Source of the DNA: Candidatus Krumholzibacteriia bacterium
Lineage (GTDB): Bacteria > Krumholzibacteriota > Krumholzibacteriia > JAJRXK01
DNA: 12,422 nt
NCBI GenBank assembly: GCA_041484665.1
Contig: JBGPIA010000037.1
Location: 1-12,422, forward strand
Reading direction: 5' to 3'
Below are positions 6,972-12,422 of this stretch, piece after piece. Both the position numbers and the translations under genes were made by a program. A model generated the notes under the pieces. It worked only from the letters and a program-made list of their open reading frames with translations. It was not told the DNA's origin and made no database searches. Within the stretch, counting starts at the first letter, position 1; the number at the start of each line of letters is the position of its first letter.

Positions 6972-8380
6972 CCCCTGCGATCGACATCCTGCGCGCCATC
7001 CACGACCCCAACATCCTGGGCGACGAGATCTCGCCCGCGCAGGAGGCGGCCCTGCGCGCGCTGTACGGGCTACCCATGACGGCGGACCAGCTGGAGATCG
7101 CCCGCCGCTGCGCTGGCCAGGCGTGGCGCCCGGGGACTGAGTACCGCGAGGCCGCGTTCGTGTGCGGGCGTCGCTCGGGCAAGTCCGACAAGCTGGCGGC
7201 CAACGTCGCGATCTACGAGGCCTTCTTCCGCGACCACCGCCTGTCCGCAGGCGAGACCGGCGTGGTGCTGTTGCTCGCCCAGAACATGCGCCAGGCCAAG
7301 GTCGTGAAGGGGTACGTCGAGGGCAAGATCGAGCGCAGTCCGGTGCTGCGCGGGCACGTCGTGGCCAGTCGCGCTCAGGAGCTGGAGCTGGACAACCGCG
7401 TGACGATCGCGATCCACCCCTCGTCGTTCCGTGCCATCCGTGGGCTGTCTGTCGTGGCCTGCATCTGCGATGAGGTCGCGTACTGGTGGACCGAGGAGGG
7501 CTACAGCAACCCGGACGTCGAAGTGGTGCGCGCGGTGCGGCCCGCCATGGCGACCTTCCCCAACGCCAAGCTCCTGCTGGTCAGCTCGCCGTACGCCATG
7601 AGCGGCGTGCTGTGGGAGATGTGGCAGGCTCGCAACGAGGACCCCGACGCGCTGGTGTGGCATGCGCCCACCGCGCTGATGAACCCGACCGTGTCCCAGC
7701 GATTCCTGCAGCGGGAGCAGCGGCGCGACCCCGAGACGTACGAGCGGGAGTACGAGGCGGTCTTCACCGAGGCACTCAGCTCGTTCCTGCCGGGCGATGC
7801 CATCGACGAGTGCATCGTGCGCGGGCGGGCGGAGGTGCCACCGGACAACCACCGGCACGTCTACATATCCGCTGTCGATGCGGGGTTCGTCGGCGATCGC
7901 TTCACCTTTGCGATCGTTCACCGCGAGTGGGAGCGGAACCAGACGGTGGTGGTCGACTACCTCACGGGCTGGCAGGGCTCGCGGCGCGCGCCGGTGCAGC
8001 TGCGGGAGGTGCTGCCGCACATCAAGGCGAAGTGCAAGGAGTACTGGATCTGTGAGGTTCACGGCGACCAGTACGGAGCGGCGCCGATCGGTGAGGCGCT
8101 GTGGGGCCACGGCCTGAAGCTGAAGGAGGTGCCGTTCACGCAGACCAGCAAGGCGGACATCTACGGGACACTGCGCACGCTGGTGGTGAACCGCCGCATC
8201 GAGCTGCCCGACCACGCGGACCTCATTAAAGAGCTGCGAGCGCTGGAGCTGGAGCTGGTGCCCGGCGGAATGACGCGGATCGGTCATCCCAGCCGTGCGG
8301 GCGCTCACGACGACTACGCCGCGGTGGTGGCGCTGGCGGCGATGCAGGCGCAGGCGCTGAGGATGTGCGGCGTGGGGTAG
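6968..8380 (+). CDS. terL: Terminase large subunit (ATPase + RNase H-like nuclease)
   Basis: Walker A CGRRSGKS, RGLS...CICDEVA Walker B, coupling motif SSP, REYEAVF linker, nuclease VDAG...DRF, GDQYG and C-terminal HDD. RBS GGAGGG at 6953-6958. Confidence 0.88.
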   Translation: MTPAIDILRAIHDPNILGDEISPAQEAALRALYGLPMTADQLEIARRCAGQAWRPGTEYREAAFVCGRRSGKSDKLAANVAIYEAFFRDHRLSAGETGVVLLLAQNMRQAKVVKGYVEGKIERSPVLRGHVVASRAQELELDNRVTIAIHPSSFRAIRGLSVVACICDEVAYWWTEEGYSNPDVEVVRAVRPAMATFPNAKLLLVSSPYAMSGVLWEMWQARNEDPDALVWHAPTALMNPTVSQRFLQREQRRDPETYEREYEAVFTEALSSFLPGDAIDECIVRGRAEVPPDNHRHVYISAVDAGFVGDRFTFAIVHREWERNQTVVVDYLTGWQGSRRAPVQLREVLPHIKAKCKEYWICEVHGDQYGAAPIGEALWGHGLKLKEVPFTQTSKADIYGTLRTLVVNRRIELPDHADLIKELRALELELVPGGMTRIGHPSRAGAHDDYAAVVALAAMQAQALRMCGVG

Positions 8381-8480
8381 GCGGCCTGAACGTGGTGCGC
8401 GTGAACGATGGCGATGACGGCGGCCCTTGATGTTTCCCACGACCAGAGCGTCCATGGTCGCGCCCCAAGGAGGTGGCGCC

Positions 8481-9515
8481 ATGAACTACGCTCCTGACCC
8501 AGGCTGGCACCCAACCGGGCGCGCTATCCGGCAACGTAGCAATGATCGCCCTGGCCGGCAGCCTGGCGAGCCCGCCAGCGACGACGCAGCCCAGACGCCG
8601 CGCACAGCGCCCCACACGGGCGGTTTCCTGGCGGTGGAGGCCCAACAGCTGCATCCCGGCGCGCATCCGGCCCTGTCGGCCGCCCTGCCGCGCTTCCTGC
8701 GCCGCTGCGACGCCGAGTCCACGCGACTGGCGTACGAGCGCGAGCTTCTCCGCTTCATCGCCTGGCTGCCCGAGCGGCCCGGCCCCGAGGTCCTGTTCGA
8801 CTACCGCGATCACTTGCGTGCCCGCGGCCTGGGCCCGACGACCATCCGCTGGCGCACGACGGTGGCGAGGGCGTTCCTGCAGTTCGCCGAGCGCGAGGGC
8901 TACCTGCCCCCCACCCTGGCCGGCGACTTCCGCCCGCCCCGCGGGCACAGCGGCTTCGTACCGCGCGTGCTCACGCAACGCGAGCTGGAGCGGCTGCTCG
9001 CCGCCCCCGACCGCCGCAGCCGCCGAGGGAGGCGCGACGCAGCGATCCTGGTGTGCCTCGGCGTGGGTGGCCTGCGCGCTGGGGAGGTCTGCGCGCTCGA
9101 CGCGGAGGACCTGCTCATCCGCAGCGACGCGGTCGTGCTCACGGTGAATGGCAAGGGCCGCAAGCGCAGGCTCGTCTCGCTGCCCGCGCGGTGGGCCGAG
9201 CTGTTCCGCGGGTACCTGCGCAGCTGGCCGGACGTCAACGTGCCAGGAGCGTCGCTGTTCCGCTGCGTGCGCCCGGGGACCGAAGCGCGGCGCCTCACCG
9301 TGCCGTCGGTCGATTACGTCGTGCGGCACCACGCCACGGCCGCCCACCTGGCTGGCATCAGCGCTCATTGCCTGCGACACACGGCCGCGTCCCTGGCCAT
9401 TGATGCTGGCGAGCCACTCCACCGCCTCCGCGACCGCCTGGGGCACAGCAGCGTGCTCGTGACGTCGCGGTACCTGCACGTGGCGGGCGGCATCACCGAA
9501 GGGAGACAACCGTGA
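8481..9515 (+). CDS. Tyrosine recombinase/integrase (Xer-like, about 344 aa)
   Basis: Complete catalytic set: RD...GLRAGE (R), GKGRK (K), HCLRH (HxxR), LGH and TSRY (Y), with a core-binding domain STRLAYEREL. AAGGAGGT at 8467-8474 favours ATG 8481 over TTG 8427. Confidence 0.93.
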   Translation: MNYAPDPGWHPTGRAIRQRSNDRPGRQPGEPASDDAAQTPRTAPHTGGFLAVEAQQLHPGAHPALSAALPRFLRRCDAESTRLAYERELLRFIAWLPERPGPEVLFDYRDHLRARGLGPTTIRWRTTVARAFLQFAEREGYLPPTLAGDFRPPRGHSGFVPRVLTQRELERLLAAPDRRSRRGRRDAAILVCLGVGGLRAGEVCALDAEDLLIRSDAVVLTVNGKGRKRRLVSLPARWAELFRGYLRSWPDVNVPGASLFRCVRPGTEARRLTVPSVDYVVRHHATAAHLAGISAHCLRHTAASLAIDAGEPLHRLRDRLGHSSVLVTSRYLHVAGGITEGRQP

Positions 9516-9799
9516 AAGTGCGAGAGCTGATCAGCCTTCTGGAGGACATGGAGCCGGATGCGGACGTCTTCCTGCTCACCCAGGAAGCGTATCCGTTTGA
9601 AAACTCGATTGCTGGCGTCTGCGAGCGTCGTGACTTCACCGAGTGCGAGCCCGATCCGGACCCCGCCGCCGAGGCGCCCCATGGCAAGGCCCGGTGGTAC
9701 ACGCGCGAGGGGCGCCTGCCCGCCAGCGACGTCTTTTTGATCGAAGGCGCGCAGCTGCGGTACGGGAACAAGGCGGCGTGGGAGGCGGCGAGGCGGTGA
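9512..9799 (+). CDS. Small acidic hypothetical protein of phage type (95 aa)
   Basis: GTGA overlap with the recombinase stop and purine-rich RBS GAAGGGAG. N-terminus MKVRELISLLEDMEPDADV matches a common pattern of small phage proteins (M-x-V-x-E-L-I-x-x-L...P-D-x-x-V). Confidence 0.75.
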   Translation: MKVRELISLLEDMEPDADVFLLTQEAYPFENSIAGVCERRDFTECEPDPDPAAEAPHGKARWYTREGRLPASDVFLIEGAQLRYGNKAAWEAARR

Positions 9800-9858
9800 G
9801 GCGAGGCAACGCCAGCAGTAAGAACCCCATCCGCCACAACGAATTGGTCCGGATCAAT

Positions 9859-10264
9859 CCCGCAGTTGACCACTTCAGCGGGGACAGAGCATCGTTCTAC
9901 TTCCACAGATCACATCTTCGGAATCCACATTACACAATTGCACCTTGACATCCGCGAGCACCGGGCCCTTGATTCACGCACGACTCGCTGAGAACCGGCC
10001 ACCTCTCGCGCTGCATCCCGACCGCAGGCTCCCACCGAACACCCCAGCGAGTCCGTAGGCGGCTGCATAGCCTCCTCCTCGATCGTCGGCTCCCGATCGA
10101 TCTGCCTGTGCAAGTGCATGCCGTCCGCGGGCCCTCCCCGGGGCGCGGAGGTGCCGGCATGGATCGATCGGTGCAGCGGAGATCTCGCCCTTACATGCTG
10201 CCCAGAGGCCCGCTGTCCGAGCCACTTCAGCGGGTCAGATACGCACGGCAACGTTCGGCACTTC
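9859..10264 (+). repeat. Two degenerate direct copies of an element of about 45-55 bp (9859-9903 and 10209-10264)
   Basis: Exact 13-bp core CCACTTCAGCGGG at 9870-9882 and 10222-10234, with similar flanks: CCCGC(A/T)GT upstream, CAGA and GCA(T/A)CGTTC..ACTTC downstream. Confidence 0.55.
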
Positions 10265-10455
10265 TGCGGCCGCTTCGATGGCGCGCCGTTGGGGCATCGA
10301 ACAGCCTCGGTGGCGGCGTTTGGAGTGGCGGGTGGAGCGGCCTGGGAAAGTGAGGTGTGCGCTCCACTGGCACAATGGATCTAGCGTAGGAGCACGCTGG
10401 TGTCGCGCAATTGGAGACGTATCTGTATGGCTGTAGTCAAGTCAGGGAGGTCGTC

Positions 10456-12330
10456 ATGCGTTATATCCAAGTACGTTGGCCGTTGACGGCGGGACGATCT
10501 ATAGTAACCCTCGCCACGGCAATCTGGTCCGTCACGTCGTGCTTGCCGTCTGCCTCGGCGGATGACTGGTGCCTCACGCAGATGCCAGACAATGCGGTGG
10601 CCACATGTGTTTACCCCTATCCCCACACCCTTCGGCGCGCCACGCTCCGCATCTTTGTGCACCGCGTCCACGAAAGCAACGGTACCGGTGGTTTGACCCA
10701 GAGTCAGGTCGACGACATGTTGTCCGGAACTGCCGCGATCTACGCGCCGAGGGGTGTCTTTTTCGAAAAGCTCGGTCAAGACGAGATCAACGATTCGAGC
10801 CTTGTCACAGGCTTCACAGGCTGCACCTCTCCGCCGGCTAGTGAGCACTCGGATGCAATTGACATGTACTTGGTTGCGCCAGACTTGGTCAATCCGAGCA
10901 ACAACAAAGGAAAGTCGTGCTACTCCGATGGTGGGACAACCGTCTGGATAAGGCACTCAGCGGCGGTCGTCCTCGCTCACGAAATCGGGCACTCTCTGGG
11001 CTTGGCGCACACGAACGGGGGGACCTGCATCGACCCGCCGGGCGGTGCCCAGTGCGCAACCTGCGGAGACTACGTGTGCGACACGCCACCGGATCCAGGC
11101 CTGTCTTGCGAGAATCCGCCGGCGAATACTATCGACCCCTACACCTGTGCTTGGACCGTCACAAGCCCTGCGCATCCTCTGTGGACCACCTGGGGCGCTT
11201 ACAATCCACCGCCGGGACCGCCGGATACGCACAACATCATGTCAACCCGGTTGTCGTGCCTTAACTGCGAGACGGAGATCACCGCCGGGCAGGCCGACCG
11301 GATCCTCTGCAATCTCGAGGCCGATTCCCGCTACGTCCCGGAACTGGCAAGCTCTGGGGTGATCGCGGCCTTCGTGAATCAGTCTGCCACCGTGGCTTTC
11401 GACTACACTGGCAACCCGTACGACAGCAGAGGGCTGGACTACGACGCCGATGGGGACCTGGACCTCTTCGTGACCGACACCGGGGGACAGGGCGGGCTGA
11501 TGCAGGACCAGAGGCAGCAGAACGCGGCTCTGCCGCAGTTCCACGACGTTCGCCTCACGGCCTTCGCGAGCAGCGACCAGCCGAGCCACCTGCGCCGCCT
11601 CGCCGTAGGCGATCTGGACAATGACGGGAAGGTCGATGTATTCGCGTCGGCTCGGGGCGTGTCCAGCCCTCCCCGGCTCTACCGAAACGTGTACTCCGGC
11701 GGCCAGGGCCTGGTTTTCGACGACCTCGCGAACAACGTCGGTGGCATCGGCGTCGATTGGGCGACATACGCCAATGACTCCTGGACGGGAGCGTTTGGGG
11801 ACTACAACCGAGATGGCCTGGTCGATCTCTACATCGGACGCGGAAATACCGACGGGGCCGGAAAGCCCTCGACTCCCCTCCCCGACCAGCTGCTGCGCAA
11901 TAAGGGAAACGGGCTCTTTGATGTTGCGACTTCGTCCAGCGGACTGGACCTCGTTCCGAACGTGACAACAACCGTCGCCCTATGGGCGGACATCGACGGG
12001 GACAACGACATTGACCTATTCCGCGGGGACCACGGCGGTCTGGGCTCCCAGGTTGTGCAAAATCGTGGGGATGGCACCTTCAACGCCTCTCCCTCGCCTT
12101 TGTACTGGAAGAGCGTGACCGGGGCGGCATGTATGGACGTGGACGGCGACGGGAAGCTCGATCTCATCGTTGTCCAAGACGATCCGCTTCTCCCGGGCCC
12201 GATCGTGGCACTTGGGGATGGCAACGGGAGCTTCCCCGGCGGCCCGATCCTGCCCAATCCGGGATCAATTCCCCTGGGTGGACCCCACTGTTGCAAAAAG
12301 ATCTGGGCACAACGTGATGTGAGGAATTGA
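10456..12330 (+). CDS. Secreted metzincin metalloprotease (M43/pappalysin-like) fused to FG-GAP/VCBS repeats; C-terminus probably truncated by an IS
   Basis: RBS GGAGG at 10446-10450 and a signal-peptide-like N-terminus ending ASA-DD. Zinc motif HEIGHSLGLAH (10978-11010), GDYVCDTPP and NIMS Met-turn typical of M43. Five DxDxDGxxD-type repeats (11437-12171). The last 15 or so residues are out of character. Confidence 0.85.
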   Translation: MRYIQVRWPLTAGRSIVTLATAIWSVTSCLPSASADDWCLTQMPDNAVATCVYPYPHTLRRATLRIFVHRVHESNGTGGLTQSQVDDMLSGTAAIYAPRGVFFEKLGQDEINDSSLVTGFTGCTSPPASEHSDAIDMYLVAPDLVNPSNNKGKSCYSDGGTTVWIRHSAAVVLAHEIGHSLGLAHTNGGTCIDPPGGAQCATCGDYVCDTPPDPGLSCENPPANTIDPYTCAWTVTSPAHPLWTTWGAYNPPPGPPDTHNIMSTRLSCLNCETEITAGQADRILCNLEADSRYVPELASSGVIAAFVNQSATVAFDYTGNPYDSRGLDYDADGDLDLFVTDTGGQGGLMQDQRQQNAALPQFHDVRLTAFASSDQPSHLRRLAVGDLDNDGKVDVFASARGVSSPPRLYRNVYSGGQGLVFDDLANNVGGIGVDWATYANDSWTGAFGDYNRDGLVDLYIGRGNTDGAGKPSTPLPDQLLRNKGNGLFDVATSSSGLDLVPNVTTTVALWADIDGDNDIDLFRGDHGGLGSQVVQNRGDGTFNASPSPLYWKSVTGAACMDVDGDGKLDLIVVQDDPLLPGPIVALGDGNGSFPGGPILPNPGSIPLGGPHCCKKIWAQRDVRN

Positions 12331-12422
12331 AAAGTGGCCTCCGTCGTGGGAAAAAGGGGTTGCTTATTACACCCAGATCCCCACGAAGCAGAGGCCACTT
12401 CCAGTGAAGTTCAGTAAAGCAC
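12285..12422 (+). mobile_element. Left end of an insertion sequence, probably IS1380 family (partial)
   Basis: Abrupt switch to AT-richer, non-coding-looking DNA at CCACTGTTGCAAAAAG, then a long hairpin AAGTGGCCTC (12332-12341)/GAGGCCACTT (12391-12400) directly before a GTG. From memory this layout resembles IS1380-type left ends; only 138 bp are visible and the exact terminus is uncertain by a few bases. Confidence 0.6.
12404..12422 (+). CDS. Possible first codons of the IS transposase (MKFSKA..., runs off the window)
   Basis: GTG AAG TTC AGT AAA GCA directly after the hairpin, with GAGG upstream. Only six codons are visible. Confidence 0.4.

Larger units (their letters stand above)
1..9850 (+). 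mobile_element. Prophage/satellite-like integrative element (replication + DNA modification + terminase + tyrosine recombinase modules); left boundary probably outside the window, right boundary approximate
   Basis: Ten consecutive + strand genes with phage-type functions, several (A/G)TGA stop/start overlaps and uniformly strong GC3 bias. Composition and gene type change abruptly after about 9,800. No att site identified with certainty. Confidence 0.8.

Noticed and set aside
7070..9509. Long antisense ORFs 7070-8482 and 8226-9509 (likewise 4058-4846 and 5038-5871)
   Set aside because: Antisense shadows of well-supported genes with no recognisable domains.
9845..9872. GGATCAATCCC...GACCA resembling a tRNA T-arm and 3' end (possible attR)
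   Set aside because: Lacks the TTC loop consensus and a proper 5-bp stem; no tRNA found in the window.
9796..9948. 50-codon ORF starting at a GTGA overlap after the last element gene
   Set aside because: Lacks the element's codon bias, has no motif and crosses the compositional boundary.
9899..9974. CACA-containing DnaA-box-like words and a perfect TTGACA at 9945-9950
   Set aside because: The boxes have two or more mismatches, and there is no convincing -10 at 16-18 bp spacing.
10368..10386. TGGCAC as a sigma54 -24 element upstream of the protease
   Set aside because: The -12 GC is not at the required spacing.

Overview
High-GC bacterial DNA in two parts. About 1-9,800 is a co-oriented (+ strand), largely translationally coupled phage/satellite-like module: small hypothetical gene, phage-type SSB with an SSB-Ct-like tail, stand-alone ERCC4/XPF nuclease, Prim-Pol primase fused to a P-loop helicase, a mirror-symmetric 3+3 iteron origin candidate, an orphan Dam/D12-class adenine methyltransferase, a ParB-N protein, a structured GATC-rich spacer, a Cys4 TerS-like gene, a terminase large subunit, a tyrosine recombinase and a small acidic protein. 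No portal, capsid or tail gene follows the terminase, which suggests a capsid-less 'replicate-and-package' integrative element, although structural genes could lie left of the window. About 9,800-12,422 has a different composition: a structured 650-bp intergenic region with a degenerate duplication, then a secreted M43/pappalysin-like metalloprotease with FG-GAP repeats that appears interrupted near 12,285 by the left end of an IS (probably IS1380 family). All calls come from motif recognition by eye; no searches were run.
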